From the NCBI GenBank assembly GCA_012026655.1, contig JAAILG010000261.1, forward strand, positions 1 to 64,000: DNA of 64,000 nucleotides, read 5' to 3'. The stretch comes from Hydrolagus affinis. Its lineage: Eukaryota. This document shows positions 47,411-62,124 of this stretch, one piece after another (within the stretch, counting starts at the first letter, position 1; every line of letters starts with the position of its first letter). Both the position numbers and the translations under genes were made by a program. The notes beneath the pieces were generated by a model. The model had not been told where the DNA came from and made no database searches. It saw only the letters and a list, made by a program, of their open reading frames with translations.

Positions 47411-48385
47411 AGGACACCATAACAATTCTAAAGTTAGTGAATAGGTTTGGTAGGGAGTGGTAATCTCACAGTGAACTAATTTAGAGCAAGCTCATGGCTC
47501 GGAGTGCATCTATCAGATACTTTACAATGCATACGAGTTATAAGGTTTAAGAACAATTAATTGCTTCAATAAAATGATGCAAATAAAGCAATGGAAAGCA
47601 AATCCAGCGGCTTTATGTTGGAGGAATTTTGCAACTGCATATACTATCACATCAATCTTTGGGAGTATTGGGATAAAAAGATTTGTCAAGATCAAATGAA
47701 CTGGGTGAACAAGCTGAAAGGTATTCTTTCCTACATTCTGAATCATATTCTTGTCCCTGGCGCGCTCCATTCTCACAGAATCTTACAGCACCAAAGGAGG
47801 CCATTTGGCCCATCTGATCTGTGCTGGCTCTTTGAAAAGAGCAACTCAATCTCACTGCCCCACTTTCTCCCCATAACCTAACAAATCTGTTCTTCCTAAA
47901 TAAAGATCTATTATATGGCAACATGGAGAAACAAACTGAGAAACAAATTACATAATTACAGCAATGGACTGGCCACTGTGCGGAATAGCAGCGTGCGTTT
48001 TGTTATCCTGTTTTGTTGGAAACAAAACCTTTGTATCATTATCATAGCGTTGGGCGTCCTATGCTTGACTCCGTGTGGATTCCCAATTTTATTGATGATA
48101 GTGGAAGCTATTCTCCCAGAACAGGTTAACTGGCTGTCAGTGTGTATGGAGTTCAACTCCTGATAAAGTACATACTGTTGCTGAAAGGATGCTGCGTGAA
48201 TTATTCATAAAAAAATTCTGTTTCAATATTACATGATCCTTTCATGAAAGTAGAGGGTAGCCCAATGCAGCGAGCAATGTAATCTTGATTCTGAGGTAGG
48301 ATTTTAGGTCTTTGGGATCTTTGGGTTTTAATCAATTTATTTTGTATTTGTTGTATTATGCTGCTACAAAATATACCATCATCAG

Positions 48386-48561
48386 NNNNNNNNNNNNNNN
48401 NNNNNNNNNNNNNNNNNNNNNNNNNNNNNNNNNNNNNNNNNNNNNNNNNNNNNNNNNNNNNNNNNNNNNNNNNNNNNNNNNNNNNNNNNNNNNNNNNNNN
48501 NNNNNNNNNNNNNNNNNNNNNNNNNNNNNNNNNNNNNNNNNNNNNNNNNNNNNNNNNNNNN
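48386..48561. other. Assembly gap (176 N)
   Basis: Run of n. Confidence 1.
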
Positions 48562-51500
48562 CGTTTTGGGATGAATTGCAATTTTGTACGATTTTGCTAA
48601 TTTAATTTAGTCTTCCACATATTCATGGCTCTGTTGCTCAGTTTGTGATCATATACTGGATGCCCATATTCAACATAAGTAATCTTCAGTGTATTATCAA
48701 TGACTGACTTCAGTAACAGACATGCTTACTTTCTTTTCTCTTATGCAAGCTAATTATTTGTGTAATCCGCTTATTATAGCAAGGCATTCACGGACTCTCT
48801 CAGTAAAAGCACGGTAATTGGCAAACGTAAACATGCTAATGCATCTAGTAAGATTATTAGGTGAAAATCATTAATGTCTCATAGGTAACTTGTTAGTGCA
48901 GTTTCATATGTTGTAATAGCATAATCATTCACTTTCAAAAGCTGAAAGTTTTCCAGAATTAATCCTGATTTGCATCATACATACAGTACAAACATATTAA
49001 GTAACATATTGGACATTCCCCTAACTATGGAATAACTTGCATCAGATTAGACATTTAATCCAGTTAAAATGATATTCTGCTTTTAAACTTTGCCTTGCAA
49101 TTATACCAGAGTGCAGTACATGGAAAAACCATTCAGATTTCAAAAGTCCATTTCTAAGAATAGGCATTCTTGGTAACAAAATGGGCTAATCATTCGCTGA
49201 AAAAAATGTGAACTAAAAATAATCACCAAACAGAAATAATCTAAAAAAAAATTACACAGTTCTGAGACCCACGATGACAGTTATGCACATTATAGTTCAG
49301 TTCAAATCATAATGGTCCATTTGCACCATATTTAGTGGTGAGGTACTAAGTGGGATTGAGATAGTACGTTATTCAGGAGGCCCATTCCTGATAGAATCCA
49401 AATTTGCTGCACTAGATAGAACCATACAATGTGAATTGGGCTCACTCCCCCATGCTCCATTGAGAGTTCTCGGGAGAGCCACCTGACCACACAGAAACTT
49501 TCCATGTGTTTTTTTAAATGTTATTAAAGAACTTTTATTAGTGTTCGATCTGCACATGCTCAGCACTTAGAAATCAGATGTGTGTTTTCTGATGGTCCAG
49601 ATGCCAGAGCAGAAAGTATAAATTGCCTGCCCTTATATTGCTTTGCTGCTGGGGGAGATCATTTCTCTTGGCGAACCTCTTGCAAATATTTTTCTCCCCA
49701 CAAGGCTTTATTTAATGGCATTGCTAACATTGATCCAAAAATCAGGAATCATAGAATTTTACAGCACAGAAGGAGGCCATTCGGCCCATCTAGTCTGTGC
49801 CGGCTCTTTGAAGAGCTATTCATAGTCAATCCAACTCGCTGGCCCTCTCCGCATGATACCAAATGCAGACTGTTGTTTCCTCATGACTGTCGAAGAACTA
49901 TGAATTCAATAGATTTCAATCTAGCTAGTTAAGTGATCCATACTGTACAAAATTAGCAATTGATTTGAAACTGTGTTTAAAAATATCCCACAGTATATTC
50001 TGTGAAGAGCTTTGAGATGTCTTGACAATGTGAAAAGGCACTATATCAAATGCAGGGATTAATGTTAACATGTATCATTAAGTCTTAATTAACTTGAATC
50101 AACACATCACCAAAAAAGTGAAAATATTACCCACTGACTAAATATTTATATTCTAGGAGTGTCAATTACTGCAACATTAAGCTTTGCTACTCTCCCACAG
50201 ATTTTTTTTTTTAATGGTTATTTCAGTTAAAATTCTTTCACATAATAAAGAAAATCTTACCAGTGACAGTCATTGGTATTCTCTACCAAATATCTTCAGG
50301 CTCCTATATCTTAGATTCTAGCTTCCTCTACGTCAGCAGAATAACATGTTCTTTTAATGGACTCTCTGGGGTGTAAGACATTTCTGACTGCAAATTAATA
50401 GCTTGAACCGGACTCTACCACTAATTTGCCATTCACGTTCAGCATTTCCTACTTCTGGGAAATCAATAGTTTTAAAAATAAAACTCAACTTCACTGCTTA
50501 AAGAGGTGCAGGTTTCAAGCATAAAACATAAAAGCCAAAAGCAGCCTATTTCTGGGGGATTTTAAACTCAGAACTAAGAACATTAGCAGCACAATAAAGA
50601 AAGGACCACAACATTCAGTTCCACCAGCACTAATGTCTTAAGTGTCAAATTAGCATTGTATAGAAAAGCTGAACAGAAACTGTGTGGCTTCTCTTAAAAG
50701 GGAGAGAAAGATCCGATATAGCATCCCTTTAGTTTGTCTCACAGAAACTGGATAAAAGTAAAGGGGCAATGGTTTGGACTCAAGTTCCTCCCTCCATTGC
50801 CTCAAGAGTCTCATGTCAAGAGTCCTGTGGTTCAGGCAGAATCACCAACACAATAAAAAAAACAGCAAGTGGGAAAATCTCTGCATTGAAGGGTAGGTAC
50901 TCTTTAAAATGACCTCCGTGCAAATGATCAGATATGCTCTCTGAAAGAAATTAACTTTAAGCGAATAAGTCTAGAGAGACGATGTGACATTAAGGAAACT
51001 TGCAATTCAATCAGGCAGCAATATTAATTTCAACATTTTAATTTACTGGCACTAATTTAGATTGCTTTGTTGAAATGGGGATAAGGGCCCGATTTGATAC
51101 AGGATAAATCAGGGTGTAAATGGTCATGCTATTAATGTCAGTGAATAATTTGAAATTTGGTCTGGTTTATGAGTTGATAAGCCAGTGTATTGCAGCATGA
51201 ACTTTGCAAAAAGAAATGACTGGATGCCAGGCTGCAAAAGCAGGCAAGGTAAGAAATTTAAACACTGTCTCTACAAAATGTTTCTGGAGAATTCACCACT
51301 ACTTTAGGGGTTAAAATCATACATCTTATTCTTCTGGCAAAAAAAACCCACTCAATCGCAGGCAAAAATGTGATCTTATAACTGCATTAATGGAATACAA
51401 ATGCATAACAACAACAACAAATTACATTAGTAAAGTGCTGTTCACGTCAGGAGGACAACAAGAACAAGAAATTATATTTGTATGGTGCCGTTCACGTCGA

Positions 51501-52039
51501 GAAGGGTGGATTAGCCACTTGGAGTTCACTTACTTTGCATGTGGCGATAGATAAGAGAAAGCGATGACTAAGTCAATCATTTATTACAACACAAGTCCAG
51601 AGGTTCAGATAAGCGTTTGTTAAATTGAGTTTCAGATTACACGTAGATATAAGTAGAAAGTTGGACTTTCCATGATGCATCTTTAATATGTCATTTGATG
51701 TCCCATGGAGTTTCTTGCCCTTGAATAATGATAAGCTTCAATGGCTGCTTAAGCAACCATAAGGAACTAGCAGTAAGCATTGAGGGCGGCAAGGACTGAA
51801 AAAGGCCAATACCTAAAATATCATGCCCTAAAGTGCTGAAGGAAGTAAACTGCCACCAAGCTGCACATCATTTTTATCTAGTATTACAGATTAAAGGTTT
51901 TTCAGAACAGTTTCTGAACATCACAACTCAAGGATAAAAACATTGCATGAACTCTTCCCCCCAGCCACCGCCCCTCCCCACCCCCCGTACACACTACCAC
52001 AAGAGCTAAAATATCCTTCCACATTAGGTGTAAGTGCCA

Positions 52040-52290
52040 CAGCAACAACTTGTATTTATATAGCACCCCTCAGACAGGGTAGTGCCCCAGAGTGCTTGAC
52101 AGTAGCAGAGCATGACGCCGGGCCAGGGGGGGAGGTGACCGTAGGCATATTCGAAGAGGAACGTCTTCACATGTGACCTGAAGAAGGGGAAGAAAGTGGC
52201 AAAATGGAGGAATAGAGGAAGGGTGCTGCAAAGTTTCGCGGCGTAGTGGCTGAAAGAGCAGCCACCAATGGTGGAACGGAGGTCAGTAAA
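52040..52290 (-). mobile_element. L2 3' end (ORF2 terminus, UTR, tail)
   Basis: TIGGCSFSHYAAKLCSTLP...FRSHVKTFLF and tail caacaacttgtatttatatagcacc. Confidence 0.75.
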
Positions 52291-54072
52291 CAAGCAGTTT
52301 GCTTTTAGTCATTTAGTATTAATCTTTATAATGTTTATTTCCAAACTTAAACACAGATTACACTGTGCGGTTATCTTTCAGCTGCTGCAGTTAGGTCCAC
52401 TGTGCTACTTCTTTGTCTCGTTAAGAATATCACTGCTGGAGGCTCAACTGGTGGGCTGCCTTGATAATTGTTCCATCCTGAACAATGTTCATTAAGAAGA
52501 TATGGATATTTGTGCGTATAGATGTTACATCAGAATCTGAAAAATTTGGACTGGCATTCCACACATGTATAAAAGTTGTGAAAATTCAATTGACCAAAAA
52601 TCAAAAAGCCATTTCATCCAACTACACTTTTATTGAATCAAGCTTCATGTCTGCAGGATTTTTTTTAAAAAAAATCATACATATTCATTTTATTTAACAC
52701 TACTCTTATCACCTTCTTCAGCTTGTCCTCCAGAACAAACCTAGATATAGATTTTAAACCTCAAGGGGGTATAAGCCTATACTTAGAACCACATCGCTGT
52801 TTCCCTTTTTACTCCAAATAATTCCGGTTTGTTGTAATTTTGTATGAATAAAGTCCATATGAACCTAAGCAAAGCAAGAACTTACCTTTTTTAAAAAAAA
52901 AACTAACTATGAAATGCTGCGGATTAAGAAATGGGTCCTCATATTCAATTGAACATTATTGTTTTGACATAATCCCCCAGCAAAGATGCACAAGATTTGT
53001 TCCTCCTCTTTTGCAATTCACATGATTCTACAGCTATGTAGATGTCAAATACCCCCTAGCATTCACCTATTCTCCATTGATGATTCAAGACAGTATTTGC
53101 AGGCTATTCAACCATGGGTCATCAGAGTTGATGAGCATAATTCAAAGTGCCATTTTGCTTTGTACAACCTGTGCAGCAGTCATTCCATTAATTATACTTG
53201 GAGCTCTTGAGATGCATTTTCAATCACAGTTCAGGGTAACTATAGATCACCCTAAAGTTCCTGTCAATTCAATAAACACAATTCTAGTGAAAAGGTTAAA
53301 GCCTCATTTTTTGAACAATTGTTTGCTTTCAAAACCAACAGAACTGTCTGTTTTTCATAACTATCCCCATGTTAAATCCGCTGTGTATGTTGTTAATCCA
53401 ATATTCCAACCACTCTACAAGCAAAGCGCAAAACATGTGTGGCTTCTGAGTCATCAAGTCAGCACTGATGTCACACTCTGTGTGCTATCTGCAAGAGGAA
53501 CTTTCTTAACAAAACAATATCAGCAGCATTTCCTTTACATAGAATGCATGCACAAAGTGCAGAAAGTGACCAGAGTGACGATCTAGTGACCCAGAAGTCA
53601 TGCCTTTTTTTAGCACCAGAAATCATCTAGTCATTGCCAGTAGCTGGGTATACTGCACTAATAGTCCGTAGGGCACCAGCTCTATATGTGAGTCTTAAAT
53701 AACACTAAATGTATAGTCTTATACGATAAGCAAATTTCAATTCCAATATAATAATGACCGACCACAATCTAAGTCTTAAACAACACTAAATTTAAGCGCT
53801 CTGAGACGCCGTCCGGCGTGGAGGGCGCTATATAAATCGAAGTTGTTGTTGTTGTATAGCAATCCAATCTCAACTTTACAATCAGTTCAAGAGATGGATA
53901 TGACTGCTAAGGGTTGCCAGCACTAGAATAGATCGGATTAATGACAAACATATACTGACTACGCCAATGTCTCATGCAGGTATTCATCTGGTGCTCAGCA
54001 TTCAACGTCTATATTCTAATCTTCAATATCACAATCGTAAATGTTTCAAATGGACGTTAAACCGAAGCATTT

Positions 54073-54388
54073 GTGGAGTCCTGTAGCTCAGTGGTTAGAG
54101 CACTCGCCTTACAAGCGAGAAACCTGGGTTCGATTACAGGCAGGGTGAAAGGCAGGGTTGGGCAAGTATCCTTACTCCACACGTCTGATAACAATCCCTA
54201 AAAAAAAAAAAAAAATTGTTCAATTCAATGCATGACTGTATGTGGGACACTGTTGCACGCAATTGGCTGCTGCGTTTTGCCCACACACATACAGTCAGTT
54301 CACTTTACAGTATATCCTGTGAAGCGCTTTGAGACGTCTAGAAGACGTGAAAAACGCTATATCAAATGTAAGGATTATTACTATTATT
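54073..54388 (+). mobile_element. Full-length tRNA(Val-like)-head SINE with Deu/L2-type 3' tail (reference copy of the dominant family)
   Basis: A box tagctcagtgg, anticodon-arm-like ctcgccttacaagcgag, B box ggttcgatt, caattggctgctgcgtttt block, hairpin acgtct-aga-agacgt, (TAT)n tail. Confidence 0.93.
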
Positions 54389-55306
54389 CATGTGCAGTGT
54401 GTGTCAAACAATTGCAACACGAGTTCCATAGGAGAAAAAAGACTGATCAAACTGGAATAAAATCTAAACTCAACCTAAACTCAGCAAGTTTATTCCACGA
54501 TCAATAAAAAGAACACTGAAACTTTGATTCCCACTGGTGCAGATGTACATGCCTGGATGCCAGATAAAAGGATGACAAAATGGCACGAAATGGGACGCGT
54601 GTTGCGTTCTACACAAATTAGTTTTTAAAATAATAATAATCCTTGTGCATTACATGTGCATTACAATGAGAGTTAGTCTTGTACTGTATATGGTTGTTAA
54701 CCTACAGAATTGAAACCGCCATTATGATGCAGATTGTATTCTGCTGTGCTCCATCACATACGGTTTTAAAATGCATTACAACGAGAGTCACATTCTTGTA
54801 TATATTACATAGAATTACATAGCATGAAATAGGCCATTTAGCCCAACTAGTCCAAGCTGAGATTTATATTCTGCTGCCCCCTCACCACCATACAATAATA
54901 AGATCAAATTAGCAAATGGTTGAAGCTAAACTACAAGAAAAGTAATCTGTTCTTTGGCAGCTCATCCATAAACAATCCATATAGAAATTCATAGATGTTA
55001 CCGTGCAACATTTGCGTACAGCAATGTCCGACAAACAACCAAAGAGTGAATGACCAATTTGATTTTGGGGATTGTTGGCCAGGACACTAAATAGGGAATA
55101 TCCCTTCTGTTTTTGAATAGTGCCCTGGATCTTTAAAATCCACCCGAACATGCAGATGGGACCTCAGTTTAAAGTCTCATCCGAAGACGTTAAAATATAC
55201 GGTTGACCACAATGCAAATTTGCCTTGTTCAGTAAAATTAACTTTAAATGCAGCTTTTAGGTGTTTGTACCTGTACAGGAATTATAGGGGTTTCTCAAAC
55301 AAACAA

Positions 55307-55406
55307 NNNNNNNNNNNNNNNNNNNNNNNNNNNNNNNNNNNNNNNNNNNNNNNNNNNNNNNNNNNNNNNNNNNNNNNNNNNNNNNNNNNNNNNNNNNNNN
55401 NNNNNN
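55307..55406. other. Assembly gap (100 N)
   Basis: Run of n. Confidence 1.
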
Positions 55407-55580
55407 TGGGAGCGGAGAAACTGAAGGCCCGGCCTCCGATGGTGGGGCGGTTCGGGCGGGGGGCTTGGAGCAGGCCGAGTCCTGCTGAACGGAGGGTCCG
55501 GGTGGGCTTGTAGGGGGAGAGTAGAGTGGTTAAATAGGGCGGGGCAAGGCCGTGTAAGGCCTTGAAGGTGAGGACGATAA
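55407..55580 (-). mobile_element. L2 ORF2 3' fragment running into the gap
   Basis: VLTFKALHGLAPPYL...RTLRS...PTIGGRAFSFSAP. Confidence 0.88.
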
Positions 55581-57637
55581 ACAATAAAGTATCCACATAT
55601 AAACATATAAATTTAAAACAAAACACTTAATCACCACTACGACATTCCACAGTGAAATTTCTGCTCTAATTACACAGATCATCCACATCAATACAATTTA
55701 GATTCAAACTCTGATGCATCAAACACTCAAAGACAGTCTACATCTTCTTTCTAAACAAAAAGGAGCTTAACTGGTTTGTTGTACAGATTACTTCAGATAA
55801 CATTGCATATCTGAACTAAGCATCATTCTTATCCAAGCACAGAATTCCAATGTATCCAGTCACTTCCTACCACTCCCATTATATAGAATTTGTGATCCAA
55901 GCCAATACAATGTAATGTGTCATCTTGATTCCTATTTATAATGTTACCAAATTTAAATATTCATGTTTTCATTACTCAGAACATTGAAATAGTTATAGTC
56001 CTTGACATCAATCTTGATAGGACACAGATAACTCCATGTACAAGATCAAATTGTGCACAATTATAAAAAGTATAATTGAAATGAAGTTGCAACTTGAGGG
56101 AGAATCAGTGTCTTCATATTTCATCTACGCAAACACTGATCCAACTAGAATATTCCCAGGAAATCACATGTGTACCAGAATACAACTGTGAAAGAAAAAA
56201 TACCCTCAAGCATAAATTAGAAACATTCATTCATGTTTTGGGTATATAATCAAGGTAAAACACATGAAAATTTAATATTCCATTTGTCCTTGAAATGTTA
56301 AGAGATTCATCAAATGCATTGTCATAATATATAAATATACACATGGCTAATCCAGCCTTCTTAATTTCTGGAACAAAATTGCCACAATTAATCTTTTTAA
56401 ACGGATTTGACCATGCTTTGGATTTGCCTCAAATACCTCAAAAAATATTTCAGGAGAATATTAACCACCAGACTTCGGTTAAAAGAGAACGCAAATTTCA
56501 ATTTCAATATAATAATGACCGACCACAATCTGCTATCCAATATCTAAATACAGAACAGCAAAAATACACATTAAACTCTTAGATTTTGGAACTGCACAAT
56601 AATCATGCTACTGTGAGAACAAGTTGAAGCAATTTCTGAAATCAACAAGAAAGTCATGCATAATACATTAATAATAATAATTCTTGCATCTGGTATAGTG
56701 CTTTCAAGTCAAGACCTAGTGTGACTTTGCATTAGTGCCACTCAATTCTAATTTTCACCCACCTGAAAAGGTTTGCTGAAAATAAATTCAGCAGAGAGTT
56801 GTCTCACACAAGAGACAATCTGACAGCTCAAATGGGTCATTGCGTTAAGTCTCTCAGAGCATTGCCAGCAATAGTGACAGGAGTGTGAAATGAATGCAAA
56901 ACCTGCAGAAAGTCATGCTTGAATTCTTCCAAATAAGGTGCCGATAGCATGAAGCTGCAGCCAAAATATTTCTCCTTTGGCAGGCTATTGTCTAAGCAAC
57001 AACACAAAATCAAACTTCATGAATCATAGAATCTTACGGCACAAAAGGAGGCCATTCGGCCCGTCAAGTCTCTGCCGGAATTAGTTTTGAATTTATAATT
57101 TGGGGTGAACTGGAGAATCCTACCTGGTTCTTCAGCTGAAGAGTTTGAATTGGATGCATAATGGAAGAAATTCCATTCTCTTTCCGAATAGTGTTCACAG
57201 GGTCATTACTGTCCACCTGAACAGGCAGATGAGACCCTGGTTTAATAGCTTGTCTAAAAGGCAGCACCACTGACAATGAAGTGCTCCCCAGTGTTTGCCG
57301 TGACTATGAACTCAAGTCCTAATAGGATGCTTGAACTCACAACCTTTGGATCCAGATAAATTCGCCAAAACGACAGCACATACTTACTTTATTAAAAAAA
57401 AACCTTTCATACAATTTTCAAATTAAATTGTTTATGCTGATAGTAGTTCAGTAGACTTGCCAACATGACAGTGTGACATCATGCGATCTAGGAAATGTTT
57501 GCTAATTTTATTTGGATTATCTGTACAAATATGTGTCTTCTTAAAATCGGTGCATCAGCTGTTAGGAGAACTACATGCATTATCTTAAAGTAGACGTTTT
57601 GTAAAAATGGGTTTAAAGCGAGTGCATTATAATTAAT

Positions 57638-57929
57638 GAGTCCTGCAGCTCAGTGGTTGCAGCTCTTGCCTTGCAAGCGAGAGATGGATTCGATTCCAGG
57701 CAGGGAGAAACACTGGGCAAGTTTCCTTATTCCACACGCCTAATAATAATCCCTCCAAAAAAAAGCAATAATGAAAAGTGGTGATTTCAATCCACAACTG
57801 TTTGTGGGACACTGCTGTGTGCAATTGGCTGCTGCCTTTCACCCACAAATATTCAGTCAATTCACTTTGTAGTATATTCCTTGAAGCGCTTTGAGACGTT
57901 TAGAAGACACGAAAAGCTCTATATCAAAT
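57638..57929 (+). mobile_element. Near full-length tRNA-derived SINE
   Basis: gagtcctgcagctcagtggtt...ttcgattcc...gaagcgctttgagacgtttagaagac. Confidence 0.9.
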
Positions 57930-58045
57930 AGTTGAGTTGAGAAAAAAGTCCTTCACTCAGAGGTGGTGAATGTATGGAATTCTTTACCCCAAAGCTATTG
58001 ATGCTCAATCCTTGAACATATTCAAGATTGAGTTAGATAGCCGGA
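57930..58045 (+). mobile_element. CR1 ORF2 3' fragment
   Basis: ttcactcagaggtggtgaatgtatggaattctttaccc...ttcaagattgagttagatag. Confidence 0.65.
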
Positions 58046-58417
58046 TTATCAAGGTTTTATTGTAGTTGATTGTAAGATGCTGGTGCTTTCAGCAACAATG
58101 GAGTGCTTGTTTGAAGAGATTCTTACTGAAATTCCTGGCTCACTATGTTGGAGACACTTGGGACCAGAAAGGTAAACCTTGCAACCCATGATGTACCAGA
58201 GAACATCTATTTCTGTCTGGATCTAGCTGAGATATTAGCCTGAACTCAAGACCACAAACTGGTTGTGACACTTTTGACCTATATGGAAATATCCACAGAG
58301 ATTAGTCAATGTTTCCACTAGTGCTTTGAATTCTGCACCAGTAAAGAGTAAAGAGGAGGGATCCCAGCTCCAACAGCCTCATGCTTTGATGTATCCTACA
58401 ATATAAAGTTTTCTGCA

Positions 58418-58720
58418 TAAGTCATACAGACCAGGTTCATCCCTTTTAAAGGCTGATTTGCTCAATTATTGAATGGTTCCCCATTCCCTTGGGTGGGGAA
58501 GGGAAAATGGCCATTTCCTGTTCCTGATTCCTATCTAGTAATGACCTATTCGTACTGGTATTCCACCGTTGAGATAATGAGATAGCAAATGCCTGAGTTA
58601 GTCATTCTAAAGGCAGTGTAGGTGCCTCAATGCACCCATCTTAGAGATGGGGTACTTCATATAAAAGTTTATTGCTATTAGTTGGACCCCTGGAGAAAAT
58701 GTAAGGGGAAAATGTTAAAG
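58418..58720 (+). mobile_element. Degenerate LF-SINE-like relic
   Basis: gtcatacagaccagg, gggaagggaaaatggcc, ttcctgttcctgattcctatctagt. Confidence 0.4.
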
Positions 58721-61700
58721 GCAAAATGTCCTGCAGAATTATTGAGATACTGAAAGTTGTCTCAACTAGTAATTGAAAGGAACACACAAAGTATGTGGAT
58801 GTTTGATAATTAAATCATGATCCTGTCTCCCTTCCATGTTTTCCTACATATACACAGCTGCTAAACTTTACAGTACATCCTGTGAAGCTCTTTGATATGT
58901 CTCAGTGTGATAAGGGGCTATATCAAATGATGACTGTCATTTTTAAACAATAATTTCCTTTACATTGTTAAAACAAACTACATTATAACTATATGCACTT
59001 TTGGTAAGGCTCTAAAGGACTACAGCAATATCTGCCGAACAGATTGCATTGCTACTCCTTCCTGTGTGAAACATTGCTGACCTTTTGCAATTCCTTGAAA
59101 AGCTTTTATGCTTCTTAGAGTCAAAGCTAAAGAAATAATGAGGCATGATTTTCTAGCTGCGTTTCGATTACGACAGCATCCTTCATAGTCTGTCATAGAT
59201 GTTACAACAGCTTTATAACGTTAAGAAAAGTCCTCTTTGTGATTAAGGGATTACACTGGTGTCTGTGTTCAAGTTATATGATGTTCCTCCAACTACAGGG
59301 AAAGCTTCTTCAGGGAGGCAGATAGAAAACTGCAGAGCTGTCAACTTCCATGCATCAGATGTAATACTCACACATTTTAAGTTGGTCTCATGGCTTTCAT
59401 GTATGAATGTTTAAATCTCATGACAAACCACTGGGATTTTAAAAAAACATATAAAAGCTCCTTCTGTACAGCTAGAAGGATAGGATTCCTCTTCAAGACC
59501 CATTATACGACTTATAATAATAAGAATCCTAATGTTTAATGTAGCATCTCAAATATACTGCACGGAATATACTGCATGGTTTGCAGACAAACACAGAGAC
59601 AAATTATTCCACAAACAGCCATGAGGTAAACTAACACTTTTATTTGTCGGTGTTGTTGGCCAGAACACTGACACTGACAGAAACCCCCTTCTCTTTTCAG
59701 ATAGTGCCACAGCATCTTTAATATTCACCTGAACAGGCAGACAGACCTCAGGTGACATCTCATCTGAAGGATGACACCTCCAACAACAACACTACAATGG
59801 TTTGATGTGAAAATGTGAAGCTGCATACAGTATCTACTATTCTGGTGGTTGGGGGAGAGTGAATATTTTTAATCCCTAGTTCGTCTTAACACTTTACAGT
59901 TTCAATCCATTTCATTATCCAGAGAAAACAGATTTCAAAGGCCATTGAGACCTCAAGGGCTTTCACTGGTTCCCAGTGCCTTGACCGATTAAATGTCACT
60001 ACAGAGACATCACTGAAGATAGAATCACAGAATTTACAGCTTGGACATAACCCTGTATTATAGTCTGACCTTTATTATATCCCTGTCTGACATTTGCATC
60101 AAAGCAACCCAAATGACAGAGAATCATACAACCCTGTCAATCATATGATATCAAACTCGATGTACGATAACTCAAAGGGAGACAACAGCAAGATCTGAAT
60201 GCAGTAAATGTTCAACATCTTAGAAAGATTCTGAGTGCCTAGTGTTCTGAATGAATGAAACACAGAATCAGGGGGAATAAATCTCATATTAATGCTCATC
60301 CCACACACATGGACATTAGTGTTCAGGATCTATGTCAAACGGATTACAACTAAAAATGCTCAATTGGGTCATAAAAGAAGGAAATGCGGCAGAGTAGTTT
60401 GCTTATTTAGGATTAGTGCTAAAAGCCTCCAACCAGCTTGCAGAGCCAAACGTAACAGCTGAGAGTTCAGGTTGTGGAGAACATATCATACATGTTGCAA
60501 TTTTGAATTAATATTGTTTTAATAATTGAAATTAAAAGACTATTATTAACAAAGATCAACCCGATGTCCGACAAGAAAAAAGCATATTCTGTGGCTATTA
60601 ATTGCAACAATCTACCAGATGCCACAATTTATTTAAAAGTTAATTAACTTAATTTTCTTTAATTATCTAATATATTATCACGAAATTACATTATAATTCA
60701 TAAGTAGCGATACAAAGTTGACTTCCTATGTCCTTCAACAATACAGTATAGGAAGATTTCAAATTAAATGTCCTTATTTTTGTTGAAAGTGATTGAGTTT
60801 GCCCTTTTAGTGGCTTCATTGGAAAAAAAGAAAATTCCACATAAACAGGGTTTTGATATCAATTGAATAGCAGCACTTTGCTTTTAAGATCAGTGGAGAA
60901 AGAAACAGAGTAAGTACTAAAGATTTATTTGTTAAAAATGAAAATGTATCAGTTCAGCAATGCATTATTCAGAACAAAAGTTTTTTTTAAAAAAGGGCTT
61001 GCGTTAAACATGTGTAAATGGAGGTCACTTTCATGAACTGTTGAGATGGAGTTTTAAATATGATTGTTTCCAACTGCTACCCTGTATGAAATCAGCATAC
61101 TCAGGCTTTTCAGCTTTACATCACATATAGTGTAAGCCCAAGCACTGAAGTCACATTTGTGTAGGTCAGCAACAGCCTCAGGATCTAATACAAAACTGCC
61201 ATCTGGAGCAGCACTGCACAGAAACGAACAGCATTCAGATACCAATCACAGATTTCAAAATCTCTACTGGCAAAGCAACATCTTCAATTCAGGCCTAGAC
61301 ATCATTTGGCTGTATCTGAGTTTCTGTTCGGAGTTACAGTTAGGTTAGGAGCAGTCAGGATTTAAGGCTTGGATTAGTGATTCAGTTGTTGTTGGATCAA
61401 GCTAGTTCGGTGCCTGCCAACTACAGTATTCCACAGAGATTCACTGAAGAACAATGCAAACTGTTACAGGTGTCCAGCCAACAGAAATCATTAATCTTAA
61501 ATCATTCTGCTCGATTCAAAACATAAAACATGCCAGAACTCTGAGCTTTTCTGTACTTCAGTGCACTTCACATATCGTTTATTCTTCACTAACAATATCC
61601 CACCAGGCAAGCCTCTGCTCTTTCCTCTCCTCTCCGTTCTTAACACTTTGCCAATTCCTTACTTGATCCAGCCTCAACTAATTTAATCAATGTATTCAGC

Positions 61701-62124
61701 TGTAAAACGGTTACCAATGAAGAAGAATCAATGTTTGACTAGGTCTTGTTCAATGAGTGCTGCATATCTAGAAAATCTAGCAATTACAAACATTATTTGA
61801 TAGAATGTTACCTTTCAAATCAGTGTAAACTGTACTACTGTGAGAAGATTTATTTACCTACATACAGTATATGTACACAACCAGCACTACAGGCACTTAT
61901 CATTCAGTCTGAGACTACGATTGGATTCTGTGCAGATGTTGCATCCTTTTACAAATGCAGTGGATTCAGGGTCAAGTAATTTAAGCAAAAAGGAAAGTTT
62001 AAGCTTGGAGTTTGGCTTTGATAACTGTGTGAAACCAGGGCGAATTTTAAGGCTTCTGCACAGATTAAGTTTTAAGCAATTTTGAATTTCTTAATTTAAG
62101 ATATGAAATATGACTGGCTTTATA

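Noticed and set aside
47208-47411. Recurrent peptide [19 protein letters not shown] in many short ORFs as a peptide family
   Set aside because: It is the translation of the SINE 3' region, with variable starts and stops.
48201-48605. ORFs spanning N runs (also 55220-55626)
   Set aside because: Artefacts of assembly gaps; the real part at 55407-55580 is L2.
54073-54150. tRNA-Val-like sequences (also 6333, 11185, 34790-34856, 42620-42691, 47101, 57638) as tRNA genes
   Set aside because: No proper acceptor stem, copies are divergent, and each continues into the same SINE body and tail.
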